Assembly (NCBI GenBank): GCA_902786855.1
Contig: CADAEH010000012.1
Coordinates: 472-64,471, forward strand
Direction of reading: 5' to 3'
DNA length: 64,000 nucleotides
From: an uncultured Eubacteriales bacterium
Lineage (GTDB): Bacteria > Bacillota > Clostridia > Peptostreptococcales > Anaerovoracaceae
This document shows positions 25,908-35,738 of the stretch, in pieces. The position numbers and the translations under genes were made by a program. Position 1 is the stretch's first letter, and every line of letters begins with the position of its first letter. The notes under the pieces are model-generated. The model made no database searches and was not told the origin of the DNA. It saw nothing but the letters and a program-made list of their open reading frames with translations.

Positions 25908-25960
25908 TGTCTCTCCTCCTTTTCTGAAAAATTGATCAATGAATAATATCTATTTTTCTC

Positions 25961-26066
25961 CCGTCCCTCAGTGAAAACCCTGCACTTTTTTGCTACTAGT
26001 CACCTTAGTGAAAATGATGCTCTTTTTCGCTGTCAGTCACCTCCGTAAAACTGCTCTTTAAAATGG
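25961..26066. repeat. about three degenerate 32-37-bp direct repeats upstream of the transketolase operon
   Basis: Units start at about 25961, 25998 and 26035 and share AGTCACCT(T/C)(A/C)GT(G/A)AAA...CTCTTT. They lie 54-160 nt upstream of the ATG at 25907. Confidence 0.5.
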
Positions 26067-26287
26067 TTATTGTTACGCTATCTTACCCTATCCTGTTGAT
26101 AATCAGATCTGCAGAAAATAGATAGTGCTACTCTCTACTTTCTGATTTCATGATAGAAATTTCTTGTACGTTTGTCAATACAAACCAGCCACACAGAGTA
26201 ACTTCAATCAGAAAGCACAAGATGATACAAGGTTTCAAACGACTATTAAAGCAATTAAAGAACGCTGACTGTAATGCCAGCGCCTTT

Positions 26288-26833
26288 CTACAGTTCCAAT
26301 CGCATGTATACGAGTTCCTGGAATCCGTTTATTCGTGATCTGAAGCCAAGGGGATTGCGGCCGAATTCTTCAAATCCTGCACTTTTGTACATGGCAATGG
26401 CTCTTTCGTTAGAGGCTGTGACATTGAGTTCCAGCTGCAAGTACCCTGCTTCCTTTGCGCATTGGATGCAGGCTTCGGTAAGAGCTTTGCCCAGCCCGAT
26501 GCCCCAGTATTCCTTCAGAATGCTTATGCCGAATTCCGCGCGATGTTTTACTTTGTGCTTTGTCCCGACGGCCTCGATCCCAGCCGTGCCCGCTACCTTT
26601 CCATCAATAAAGGCTACTATCTCTATTTCGTTGGGGCTGTCGGTCTTCTCCTTCAGGAACTCTGCTTCCTGCTCAGGGTCAAAACTGTTTTCATCGGGAT
26701 ATGACAGGAGATAGTCTGTTTCGGCGTGGGTCTGGTTGAAGTTCTCGAAAACGGCTGACCCGTCAGCTGCGTCACCGTTGCGGAGCAAGGCTACTTTTCC
26801 ATTTTTCAAAGTGACTGCTTTGCTAAAAAACAT
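26288..26833 (-). CDS. GNAT-family N-acetyltransferase
   Basis: 181 aa with a motif A-like segment (KEYWGIGLGKALTEACIQCAKEAG..LELNVTASNERAIAMYKSAGF). Confidence 0.8.
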   Translation of the reverse strand: MFFSKAVTLKNGKVALLRNGDAADGSAVFENFNQTHAETDYLLSYPDENSFDPEQEAEFLKEKTDSPNEIEIVAFIDGKVAGTAGIEAVGTKHKVKHRAEFGISILKEYWGIGLGKALTEACIQCAKEAGYLQLELNVTASNERAIAMYKSAGFEEFGRNPLGFRSRINGFQELVYMRLEL

Positions 26834-26935
26834 CAGTTTTACTCCTTAAGTTTCCGATCATGCCTCAAGTCCCGGCTGCTATTGAGCTGCATTGTCCGTA
26901 TTCTTCATTGCCGTTGTACTATGTGTACGATATGG

Positions 26936-28570
26936 TCAGGCTTCTTCATTGCCGTTGTACTGTATGCACAGCATGGTCAGGTCGTCAAAACGCTCAGCTT
27001 CCCGAACAAATCCATCGACGCTGGTGCGGATGTTTCTAAGTATCTGTTCCGGACATGCATCAGGCTCGATGTTGAGTGCATCGATCATCCTGTCCATTCC
27101 GAACATATTGTTATCCTTATCCGTTGCTTCAGGCACCCCGTCTGTATAAAGGAACAGTTTGTCGCCTTTGTAAAGCTGCAGTTCCTGGTCTTCGTATATC
27201 ATTCCATCCATGCCGCCGAGAACGAATCCGTGCTTGTCCTTCAGGATCACGAAAGCTGTACCATCGCGGTATACTGCCGGATACTCGTGACCCGCGTTGG
27301 CGAACACAAGGTGACCGGTGGAAAGCTCAAGGATGCCGAGCCATACTGTTACGAACATCTCTGCCCGGTTGTTTTCGCTGAGATAGTCATTCACATAGCT
27401 CAGGATCTCTGCAGGCGTGCCGCCGCCCTTTGTCCTGCTGGTGAGCACCAGATTGGAGACCATCATGAACAGAGCGCCCGGTATGCCCTTGCCTGATACG
27501 TCTGCCATGACCAGCGCCAGATGGTCATCGTCAATGAAGAAGAAATTATAAAAGTCTCCGCCGACACCCCTGGCAGGGTCCATGGATGCGTAGATATCGA
27601 ATTCATTGCGATCAGGGAATGCCGGGAAGGTATCCGGCAAAGCATCTTTCTGTATATTTGAAGCGATCGCGAGTTCTGCAGAGACTCTCTCCTTCTCTGC
27701 TGTTATGGCAGTCAGATTGTCTATGTAGTTCAGCATATCCGCTTCCATGGAATCTATGGAGCGGGCAAGATCGAGGAGCTCGTCATAGCTGCTGATGTCT
27801 CCAAGCGGCTCGCCCTTCGTGTATTCCTTCGCAAAACGGGTCGCTTCTTTTGAGACCTTTTCAACAGGATCGATGATCGATTTTCTCAGGAATCTGGATG
27901 CCAGGAAAGTGATTATTATTGTCATGAAAACAACTTCCATGATGATCGACCACAGGTACGGTCTGAAAGCATCAGACATCTCTCTGATAGGTCTCTGCAC
28001 GCATAAAAGGGCGGTTACCTCTCCTCCGGCATCCTTTACAGGAACAATGGTCGTGATATGAGGGTGCGAGCCATCTCCCGGTTTCAGGCGGAAAACAGTC
28101 TCGAATTCAGTCTGCTGCTCATAGAGCGATCTGTATTTTGCCCGATACTCTTCGTTAGTTGTATTACGCTGATATCCGATCTCCCATTCCTTATAGTTTG
28201 AATTGTCTACTTTGTTGTTGATGGAATTGAAGACTGACGTGAACCTTGCATAATCGGTCCTGTCGACCTTGATGACATAGATCAGGGAAACGTTCAGCTT
28301 CTCGCAGGAAATATCGAGCATCCTTTTGGTATCAGCGTATTCATCCATCTCTTCACCGGCAAGATACTGGTCGATATGATCGCCGTTGACGAACATCGCA
28401 GCCTCATCGGCCATATGGTGGGTAATGGTCGTGTACTCATACTTGAAAGCGCTGGTAATGCTGTTGTAACCGATAATGCTTACAATAACAGCGGCCAGCA
28501 GCATCATAGCGATCAGGCCGCTGATCACATTTACCCTCATATTGGAACGCAGCTTTCTCAATTTTTTCAT
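26936..28570 (-). CDS. membrane sensor PP2C/SpoIIE-family serine phosphatase (extracytoplasmic sensor - TM - HAMP - PP2C)
   Basis: An N-terminal TM, a roughly 190-aa periplasmic-type domain, a second TM, then a HAMP-like linker. The PP2C motifs are GGDFYNFF, VMADVSGKGIPGALFM and LFLYTDGVPEA. Confidence 0.8.
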   Translation of the reverse strand: MKKLRKLRSNMRVNVISGLIAMMLLAAVIVSIIGYNSITSAFKYEYTTITHHMADEAAMFVNGDHIDQYLAGEEMDEYADTKRMLDISCEKLNVSLIYVIKVDRTDYARFTSVFNSINNKVDNSNYKEWEIGYQRNTTNEEYRAKYRSLYEQQTEFETVFRLKPGDGSHPHITTIVPVKDAGGEVTALLCVQRPIREMSDAFRPYLWSIIMEVVFMTIIITFLASRFLRKSIIDPVEKVSKEATRFAKEYTKGEPLGDISSYDELLDLARSIDSMEADMLNYIDNLTAITAEKERVSAELAIASNIQKDALPDTFPAFPDRNEFDIYASMDPARGVGGDFYNFFFIDDDHLALVMADVSGKGIPGALFMMVSNLVLTSRTKGGGTPAEILSYVNDYLSENNRAEMFVTVWLGILELSTGHLVFANAGHEYPAVYRDGTAFVILKDKHGFVLGGMDGMIYEDQELQLYKGDKLFLYTDGVPEATDKDNNMFGMDRMIDALNIEPDACPEQILRNIRTSVDGFVREAERFDDLTMLCIQYNGNEEA

Positions 28571-28813
28571 ACTAATCTCACCGTTCCGCTACCTGTACTC
28601 GATCCAGTTAATTTAATACGCATCTACTCACGACGCGGTTTTGGGGCAGATCCGCCCCAGTCAGCTGTTTTTGATTTATGACTCGGACCGCACACGTGGT
28701 TTGCCGTGAATCCGTCCATATTATATCATAGAAACCCGGTATCTCAGAATCCCGTCCGGGATATCTCCCTCCGGCTGCGGGCAAAAGTCCGGGCTCTGTA
28801 TCTGCAGGCAGGA

Positions 28814-29230
28814 TCAGGCTGAAAGGTCTCCTGCCCTGATCAGGCTGCGGATGATCAGAAGATATGCCGAGATCCCGATAAGCGGCACAAGCAAAAATGA
28901 GCTTGGTGTGACTGTGTATACGATCGCACAGGTCGCATACATGTAATATACGGTGACGATGGCCATGATCACAGCCATGATCTTGTCCGGGACTGTCATC
29001 TGCTGTTTCTTTCTGATCAGCCGATACAGTGCCCACACGCAAAGCACCAGTGCCGCAGCCGCAGCTATGTATTTGATGGTCTCAGCAGGATAATTCTCCC
29101 TGAGCTTGTTCCCGTTGAAGTTGAGCCACCTGACAAAACCAAGCCTTTTGTCGGCATAGTTCTTTGTCACATATGCTCCGAGCAGAGAAGCCAGAGCTAA
29201 AACATCCAATATTATATATTTCTTTTTCAT
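28814..29230 (-). CDS. small membrane protein, unknown function
   Basis: Start taken at MKKKYIILDVLALASLLGAYV (29230; the track start is 29311). Four predicted TM segments. Confidence 0.55.
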   Translation of the reverse strand: MKKKYIILDVLALASLLGAYVTKNYADKRLGFVRWLNFNGNKLRENYPAETIKYIAAAAALVLCVWALYRLIRKKQQMTVPDKIMAVIMAIVTVYYMYATCAIVYTVTPSSFLLVPLIGISAYLLIIRSLIRAGDLSA

Positions 29231-29336
29231 CTTTCTGTTATTGATTCTTGTGTGGTCTCTGGTTCTGACCCCTGGGCAGAGCGGTTGACCTTTTTCCTGC
29301 TCCTGCTGCACCGGGGACTGTTTCCTTTTTTCAATG

Positions 29337-29369
29337 AAAATGCGCTGCCGTAATTATACAACAGCGCAT
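29337..29369 (-). terminator. terminator after the rhodanese lipoprotein gene
   Basis: On the minus strand, AUGCGCUG - 14-nt loop - CAGCGCAU is followed by UUUUCAUU. Confidence 0.55.
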
Positions 29370-29439
29370 GTTCTAGGTGCATTTATTACCGTTGACAGAA
29401 ATACTCTGCGAGTGCCTTTCCTGTCTCGAGCCGACAGAA

Positions 29440-30525
29440 TTACTCTGTAACTGCCTTTCCGGTTTCGAGCTGGCCGACTGTAGTATGAACGCAATCATCG
29501 CTTGCAGGGTCACCGACCTGTACCGGATAATCATCGTGCATCAGCCACTCATACCAACCGCCGTCAAATACAGCAATGTTGTCATAGCCATTCTCATACA
29601 GTACGAGGAATGGAGGGCATGCTCTCCAGCCTGTTCCGCAGTAGAATGCGAGGAAGTTGTCGAGTGTGAAGTCACAATCAGCCCAGACTTCCTTGAGTCC
29701 TTCGAGATCCTTGACAGTTCCATCCGGGTTGGTGAAGTCAGCTACGTCAGCAGCAGACTGAGCACCCTTGCCCCATACAGCGCCTTCAGGCTCACCGGCT
29801 TTGTCCATGTAGCCATATCCGCTGGTCTTGCCGAGCCACTCATCCTCAGAACGGATGCTGACGAGCTTGAAGTTCTCGTCATTAGCGACTCTGTCCTTAG
29901 CGTCTTCGATGGATACCCAGTATTCAGGGTGTGCAGGTACATCAGTTCCGAAGTCTGCAGCTGCTTCAGGAGCTGCAACTTCCTCTTTGTCGAGTTCATA
30001 TCCTGCTGCTGTCCATGCTTCTTTGCCGCCATTGAGGATCTTGACATCTTCAACACCACACCAGATGTATCCATAAGCCTGACGTGCTGTTCCGCTGATA
30101 TCATCGCCGTACAGGATTACCTTGGTGTCCTTGGTGATGCCGTGTCCGAGCAGATAGTCCCTGACAGCATCTGCGGCGAGGAGGTTGTAAGCACCCTCTT
30201 CACTGCCTGTAGCATCCTCTACTTCCTGGATGGATACATAGGTAGCACCCGGAAGGTGTCCTTCATTGTAACCATCGCTTGGATCTGTAGGATAAGCGAC
30301 TTCTGCTAAGACGTAGTTCTCATAGCCTTCCTGTGATCCGTCTATTACGCTCTTGACCCAGTCAGGAGTTACATAAACAGTTCTCTGCTCAACCGGTGCA
30401 GCTTCTGTTGCTTCAGTTTCAGGTTCAGCTTCAGGTTCAGCTTCCTGAGAAGATGAGCCGCAGCTTACGCAGAACGCCAAAGCCAGTGCCAGGCACATCA
30501 TAAGAGCAAACAATTTCTTCTTCAT
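29440..30525 (-). CDS. secreted/lipoprotein tandem-rhodanese sulfurtransferase
   Basis: A signal peptide with Cys (ALAFCVSCGSS), an EPE linker, then two rhodanese-like halves. The second half has the active-site loop FYCGTGWRACPP. Confidence 0.75.
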   Translation of the reverse strand: MKKKLFALMMCLALALAFCVSCGSSSQEAEPEAEPETEATEAAPVEQRTVYVTPDWVKSVIDGSQEGYENYVLAEVAYPTDPSDGYNEGHLPGATYVSIQEVEDATGSEEGAYNLLAADAVRDYLLGHGITKDTKVILYGDDISGTARQAYGYIWCGVEDVKILNGGKEAWTAAGYELDKEEVAAPEAAADFGTDVPAHPEYWVSIEDAKDRVANDENFKLVSIRSEDEWLGKTSGYGYMDKAGEPEGAVWGKGAQSAADVADFTNPDGTVKDLEGLKEVWADCDFTLDNFLAFYCGTGWRACPPFLVLYENGYDNIAVFDGGWYEWLMHDDYPVQVGDPASDDCVHTTVGQLETGKAVTE

Positions 30526-30679
30526 ATTTACCTCTTTTCTTCTTATAAAAGAATCCCCTCTGTCTTACATAATCAGACTTTATTAGAGTACAAAAAAATG
30601 GTTAACAGTGTCAACCATTTATCTTTGCTATTGATATTTGCTATCGAGTATGAATTTCAGTCAGTTATTTCTATAGTTC

Positions 30680-30958
30680 TTACCTTTCGTCTTTATACAC
30701 AAAATTCGTTGTGCCGCCGCACGATCTGCACTTAAAGGATCTGTACGCAAAATCTTCCCCGCATCCGCCGAAACCTGACTGGAGATCGTCAGAACCGCAG
30801 AAAGCACACTTCCTGTCAGCTTTCCCGTCACGGTCGTCAACAGACATACTGCGGCCGTAGTTCGGTAGTTTTCTCAGATCCAGTCTGCCCTTGCCGCTGA
30901 AAGTGAGATCGACCCTTCTGGCGTCATCTTCGTTCATTACCCATTTTCCGTCAGCCAT
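30680..30958 (-). CDS. small zinc-ribbon protein
   Basis: 92 aa with CAFC...C...CRSC. The ATG overlaps the stop region of the upstream GNAT-like gene by 8 nt. Confidence 0.55.
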   Translation of the reverse strand: MADGKWVMNEDDARRVDLTFSGKGRLDLRKLPNYGRSMSVDDRDGKADRKCAFCGSDDLQSGFGGCGEDFAYRSFKCRSCGGTTNFVYKDER

Positions 30959-31547
30959 TATGCCTCCTGTATATATCTGCTGCGTCTGTCCGGATGCCCA
31001 TCAGGAAATAGTGGTTATCGCCAAAATCGAAAGTCCCTATGGTCTCCATATGCGCCTTGTTGTTGTGAGCATTCTCGGACCTCTTGTTGATCTGATTGAC
31101 GAATGTCAGCATGAGCGGGAATCTGTCCCTGAACTGCTCCAGGCTTGCGAAAAACAGATCCTCAAAAGCTCCTGTTCCGCGGATCGACCTGTCCACGCAC
31201 ATCGGGCCATACTGATAGGTATCACTTAATGCGATTTTCTTACCCCCGAACTCGTAATCCGGGATGATATCGATCATGTGCCTGAAAAGCGGCCATGCCG
31301 ACCAGAATTCCCATGGTGCAGCGAAGCAGAATCCCAGGACCCGGTCCGGACCGTCATCCACCGGCTCAGCGATGATAGTCACCCCATTCTCCTTCGTGAT
31401 CAGTTCTGCCAGCTGCTCATCTGTTATAGCTGTCGTCACGAATCCGTCAGGACGGTCTTCGTCCGAGATAGTATCGCGATGGTATTTTCTGAGAAGGGCC
31501 TTTACGCCTTCCATGTCTTCAAGTCCTGCAAGCCTTACCTGTGTCAT
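30951..31547 (-). CDS. GNAT-like acetyltransferase (tentative)
   Basis: Start taken at MTQVRLAGLEDMEGV (31547; the track start is 31709). GNAT-like core: VLGFCFAA...GPMCVDRSIRGTGAFEDLF. Confidence 0.5.
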   Translation of the reverse strand: MTQVRLAGLEDMEGVKALLRKYHRDTISDEDRPDGFVTTAITDEQLAELITKENGVTIIAEPVDDGPDRVLGFCFAAPWEFWSAWPLFRHMIDIIPDYEFGGKKIALSDTYQYGPMCVDRSIRGTGAFEDLFFASLEQFRDRFPLMLTFVNQINKRSENAHNNKAHMETIGTFDFGDNHYFLMGIRTDAADIYRRHNG

Positions 31548-32089
31548 GTCTCTTCCTCCTGTCAGCCCCGGTCGTTGTAAAAAGTATAACACAGTTCCTT
31601 TCAACATTCTTGCATGAGAACTGCGGATCCGTGTCTTCATTGCTGATCCCGAAAGCAGTTGAACAGGCAGCCCTTTCCGAAATAAATCCGAATACGGCTG
31701 CCTGCCCATCTCTTGTCATACCCCTTTTGTTATATTGAAATACCCTTTTCAACCGTTTATCAGCTATTTCACAACAGCCTTGCATAGACTCCTTCCGTAA
31801 CTGATCTTAAGAACTGCTTGTTACAAAAGGTCTGAATATATTTGAAGTCACAGCGTTTCTCCCTGCTGCCAATGTTGCGGTGCGCAAGCATTACGCACCG
31901 CGGATTACCGGCAGTACCGGAAGTAAAAACATGGCAGCAACCGCATCAGGCCATGGTCGTGTGAGGGGGCACTCTTTTGCGTACCTGATTCGGTATGGAT
32001 CTACTGATAGTTCTCTGACCTGATGTCAATTTCAGATTATCACCATTTACCTACTGTATCAATCGGTGTATAGTTCTGTTCCAGTCATC

Positions 32090-32200
32090 TTGCAAAAGGT
32101 CCGTCTTCCTGTTCTTTTGTCAAACTCGGAAAATATCAATTTTCGGCACTTTAGATTTTTTAGAGTAAAAGGAGATAGAGCATCGACGGACCTTTTGCAA
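32090..32200. repeat. perfect 16-bp inverted repeat flanking a 79-bp AT-rich segment
   Basis: TTGCAAAAGGTCCGTC at 32090-32105 and GACGGACCTTTTGCAA at 32185-32200. The right arm starts 9 nt past the opine-dehydrogenase stop. The interior holds a second near-palindrome, CGGAAAATATCAATTTTCGG. Confidence 0.8.
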
Positions 32201-32208
32201 CGGGCAAC

Positions 32209-33447
32209 CTATATAAGATAGAACTCTTTCAGATCATCCATGTTCGAGATCCCATAATCGGACAGATACAGTTTGTCATTGACAAGTGCTATATTGTCAT
32301 ACCAGTCAATGAGCATTTCTATGTCAGGCATAGCCACTCCGGCGATGTCCCCTATCTGCTTGATCACAAACAGACCATAGGGGAAATCTGCCGTGAAGTA
32401 ACGCGAGTGCAGATCAGGTATGAATCCGGGAGAGTCCGCACGGCTATCGCACTCATCGCATCTTCCCCTGATTTTTTCAAGAGTCGTCCGCCATTCTGAC
32501 CTTCTCCGGGCATGCTGCTCTATGTGCAGCCATCTCTGCATCCTGTCTTTTCTGAACCCGGGCAGGCCACGGCCTTTTGATCTGAAAGCATCAGAGCGAA
32601 CAGACGGCGTGGCCAGTCCGTGAAGGGATTCTTCCGTACGTATGGCATGAGTCAACTCTTCTGCAGTATCTGCATTATAGAATTCCCGCTCGGAAACTAC
32701 ATATTCAAGTCCAAAACCCGGCAGCGCCCGGCATATCTCCTGTATCTCATCATCGCACGCCAGAAGCAGCTCAGAAGAAGCATCATCCCAGTCTTCATAA
32801 AACAGAGGCAGTGAATCGTATGTCACTCCGGGCTCATAATCTCTGAATATAGTCATGAGCCTTGTCGTATGCAGGATAGGGTTAGATGGTGTCAGAGTCA
32901 GTGCCATGAATCCCGGCAGTCTGACACAGGGGATATCATATATGCTCTCTATCAATGCGGCGCATGCTTCTGTATGACTCGATGGAAGAGCAGCCACATA
33001 CAGCTCGCTTTTATATCCTGAACAGCATACTGTTTTGCCTCTCTCGATCAGCCTCGCTATAGCCGGCACCCGGTCTATCCCGAAGAAAACATTGCCTCTC
33101 TCTATGCAGTCCCTGAATGCGAGTTCAAAGCCCCCGTTGCCGGGAACAAAACCTATGACAGTGTCCCGGTCTGTATTTTCATATATGACCTGGGCGAGCG
33201 GTATCATCATGGTAGGGGGCATGGTTATCATGATCATATCTGCATCATGAAAGGCTTTATTAGGGTTGCTCGTCGCAAACTCGATATCCCCTTCATGGAT
33301 GACAGCGCCTGACTTATCCACTATGGTCAGATGCTTTGCAAAATGGTCCGGATTCGAAGTGAAAAGCCTGACAGAATGCCCTTTTTCCGCGCAGTGGACG
33401 GCAAACTGTGTCCCTATGTTTCCACCGCCTACTACTGTTATGTTCAT
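32209..33447 (-). CDS. NAD(P)-dependent opine (octopine/nopaline-type) dehydrogenase family protein
   Basis: Rossmann N-terminus MNITVVGGGNIGTQFA and the C-terminal family motif SRYFTADFPYGL. It carries an unusual Arg/Cys-rich insert of roughly 55 aa (RSKGRGLPGFRKDRMQRWLHIEQHARRRSEWRTTLEKIRGRCDECDSR). Confidence 0.65.
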   Translation of the reverse strand: MNITVVGGGNIGTQFAVHCAEKGHSVRLFTSNPDHFAKHLTIVDKSGAVIHEGDIEFATSNPNKAFHDADMIMITMPPTMMIPLAQVIYENTDRDTVIGFVPGNGGFELAFRDCIERGNVFFGIDRVPAIARLIERGKTVCCSGYKSELYVAALPSSHTEACAALIESIYDIPCVRLPGFMALTLTPSNPILHTTRLMTIFRDYEPGVTYDSLPLFYEDWDDASSELLLACDDEIQEICRALPGFGLEYVVSEREFYNADTAEELTHAIRTEESLHGLATPSVRSDAFRSKGRGLPGFRKDRMQRWLHIEQHARRRSEWRTTLEKIRGRCDECDSRADSPGFIPDLHSRYFTADFPYGLFVIKQIGDIAGVAMPDIEMLIDWYDNIALVNDKLYLSDYGISNMDDLKEFYLI

Positions 33448-33632
33448 GATTATACTCCTTATTGACTGTTATCTGTACAATTATTTGTACATTATACACG
33501 TTTGTTGGCGAAAAATATGAACATTTTATGAATTGTGGTCAAATAATTTCAAACAAAAGGCACAGCCGCTTTGGGCTGTGCCTGTGTATGATCGGGATCT
33601 GTCATAATCATCCGGGCGGTGAGTTAACTGAG

Positions 33633-34757
33633 TTATCTGAGCTTTTCGCTTTCTGTCTCTTCATCGGCATCCCATGCACCGAGAGCTTTGCTCAGGTGCA
33701 CTATGAAGTCCTGCACATTGGTGACAATGCCTTTTGCGCTCAGACTTCCTCTGTCAGCGAGCTTGTTGATGGTGAACTCAGATATATCGACACAGTAGAA
33801 ATGCACCGGTCTGATCGTGCCGTCTTCAAGGACACGGTACGAAGGAGTCATGTTCCCGACAGCGATGGAATGCAGCATGGTAGCCATGCAGATCACTGTC
33901 GTAGCTGACCTTACCTCATCTCTCATCCTGTCCTGGGCCTCGTAGACGTCTCCGTAAACTTCCGGCAGAGGTCCGTCATCACGGATCGATCCGCCGAGGA
34001 CATACGGCACATTGTTCTTCTCACATGCATACATGATGCCGTCTGTGAGATTCTCCTTTTCGAGAAAATCCCTGATGCTCCCGTGATATCTGACGCGGTT
34101 GATGGTCTCGAGGTGGTTGTAGTGTCCGTTATGCACGCTCTCCTGAGTATAGATGTTTTGCCCGAGAGCGGTCTTGAGATAGGCGCCCTCCAGATCATGA
34201 GTTGCGAGCGCATTTCCGGCAAGCAGCGCATGGACGTATCCCTTGTTGATTATCCCGGCAAAAGCTTTACGCGCGTCATGGTCGAACGAGAACGCCGGTC
34301 CCATGACCCATACGATCTTGCCGTGGTCCTTTTCATATCTGAGGATCTCGTAGAGCTCATCATAGTCTACCGAGAATGCTGTCTCCCTTGTTCTCGAAGT
34401 CCTGAATGCAAAAGTATCTCTCTGCTCTGCTTCTCCACCGGTAAAACCGTGAGGATACACAAATATCCCGTCTTCGCAGTTTTCAGTCCTGCCGACAGCG
34501 ACCGGATCGCCCTTCTTCAGGTTGCGGAATTCCAGTACCTCGACCTTTCCGTCTTTGAGCACGGGCACGCAGTCCATCCTGCTCTCCTCTGCAAGCAGCC
34601 ACTCCCCGTTGACCTTGAAGTATTCGGGGAATATGCTCATCGCATGGAAATTGACAGGAGCTACTCCGTCAAAAGGAGCTCCCTCGAACTTCGCATCCGG
34701 TGCTTCTCTGAACTGCTTTTGCTCAAAATCAGGCGCGGTGTATTCGTATACTTTCAT
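33633..34757 (-). CDS. DHS-like NAD-binding fold enzyme, possibly TIGR00300 / LOR-SDH (archaeal-type ornithine cyclodeaminase-like) family
   Basis: 374 aa. The segments IVWVMGPAFSFDHDARKAFAGIINKGYVHALLAGNALATHDLEGA and NVPYVLGGSIRDDGPLPEV resemble that family from memory only. The family call is tentative. Confidence 0.35.
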   Translation of the reverse strand: MKVYEYTAPDFEQKQFREAPDAKFEGAPFDGVAPVNFHAMSIFPEYFKVNGEWLLAEESRMDCVPVLKDGKVEVLEFRNLKKGDPVAVGRTENCEDGIFVYPHGFTGGEAEQRDTFAFRTSRTRETAFSVDYDELYEILRYEKDHGKIVWVMGPAFSFDHDARKAFAGIINKGYVHALLAGNALATHDLEGAYLKTALGQNIYTQESVHNGHYNHLETINRVRYHGSIRDFLEKENLTDGIMYACEKNNVPYVLGGSIRDDGPLPEVYGDVYEAQDRMRDEVRSATTVICMATMLHSIAVGNMTPSYRVLEDGTIRPVHFYCVDISEFTINKLADRGSLSAKGIVTNVQDFIVHLSKALGAWDADEETESEKLR

Positions 34758-34858
34758 TCAGATACCTCCTCACTCGGTTAAGATCTATTTCATTACATGT
34801 CATGATATGTCTTGTGCTGCACAGCTTCTTCACGGGGGTTGTCCGTCCGGTCACGCGA

Positions 34859-35038
34859 TCACACGATCTCGTACTGCAGAAACTCGCTTTTGAGTCTCGT
34901 ACCTTCGCCGGTCCCTTCCGGCAGAAGCGCGCGCGCAATGAAAACAGGCTCTTCCTCCCTGTCTGTATCCGTCCTCTTCAGCCATGCATAGTCACCGTCG
35001 ATGCGGTCAACGATATAATATTTCGTTTCCATATCCAT
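34859..35038 (-). CDS. DUF3006-like small protein (59 aa, below the track cutoff)
   Basis: My hand translation gives MDMETKYYIVDRIDGDYAWLKRTDTDREEEPVFIARALLPEGTGEGTRLKSEFLQYEIV. The ATG lies 7 nt after the stop of the DUF218 gene. The pattern IVDRIEG-x-A-x-L...LP.ga.EGd is typical of DUF3006. Confidence 0.5.
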   Translation of the reverse strand: MDMETKYYIVDRIDGDYAWLKRTDTDREEEPVFIARALLPEGTGEGTRLKSEFLQYEIV

Positions 35039-35045
35039 TCTCCTG

Positions 35046-35738
35046 CTAATTCACATGCGTTACTGTTCCGTCACCGTCTACAGGGATCTCATCGCCGAGA
35101 AATGTCGGCTCCGGCTTCATCTTTCCCTTGACCAGATCCTTGCACCTTGCAAGCACTTCCCTTGCTTCCCGGAAGTATCTTCCCTCGTGTTTCTCCTGGT
35201 TCGACGCAACGCCTCTGGCTGTGATCCCCAGATCGCCGGAGATCTTCAGTGCTCTGAAAAGATGATACTTTTGCGTAACTACGATCATTCGGTCAGCCCT
35301 GAAAACAGCTTTTGCCCGGTATATTGAGTCATATGTTGAAAAGCCGGCAAAGTCCAGAAAGATATCTTCCGGCGGAACACCCTGCTTCAGGGTATATGCC
35401 AGCATGCAGTCGGGCTCACTGTAATACTTCTCGCTGTTGTCCCCGCTGAGAAGCAGCTTTGGGGCAACCCCTTGCCGATACAAAGCAATCGCCGTATCGA
35501 GCCTTTCCCTGAGCATGGGCGACGGCTCATTGTTTTCCCAGACCGCACACCCAAGCACCAGTATGCATTGCGGATCGATTTCCCTGCAAGCTTCTATGGC
35601 TGCCGGATCGACACCATCGCCCCTGTCCATACCGACTATATACTTTGAAGTTGTCATGGTCACAAATCCGCTCATACCGAAAACCAGCAATATTGCTGCC
35701 GCTATTATGATCGTCAGGGCTCTTAAGATTCTTCTCAT
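35046..35738 (-). CDS. DUF218 (SanA/YdcF-type) membrane-anchored protein
   Basis: An N-terminal TM, then CILVLGCAVWENNEPSPMLRERLDTAIALYRQGVAPKLLLSGDN. Confidence 0.75.
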   Translation of the reverse strand: MRRILRALTIIIAAAILLVFGMSGFVTMTTSKYIVGMDRGDGVDPAAIEACREIDPQCILVLGCAVWENNEPSPMLRERLDTAIALYRQGVAPKLLLSGDNSEKYYSEPDCMLAYTLKQGVPPEDIFLDFAGFSTYDSIYRAKAVFRADRMIVVTQKYHLFRALKISGDLGITARGVASNQEKHEGRYFREAREVLARCKDLVKGKMKPEPTFLGDEIPVDGDGTVTHVN

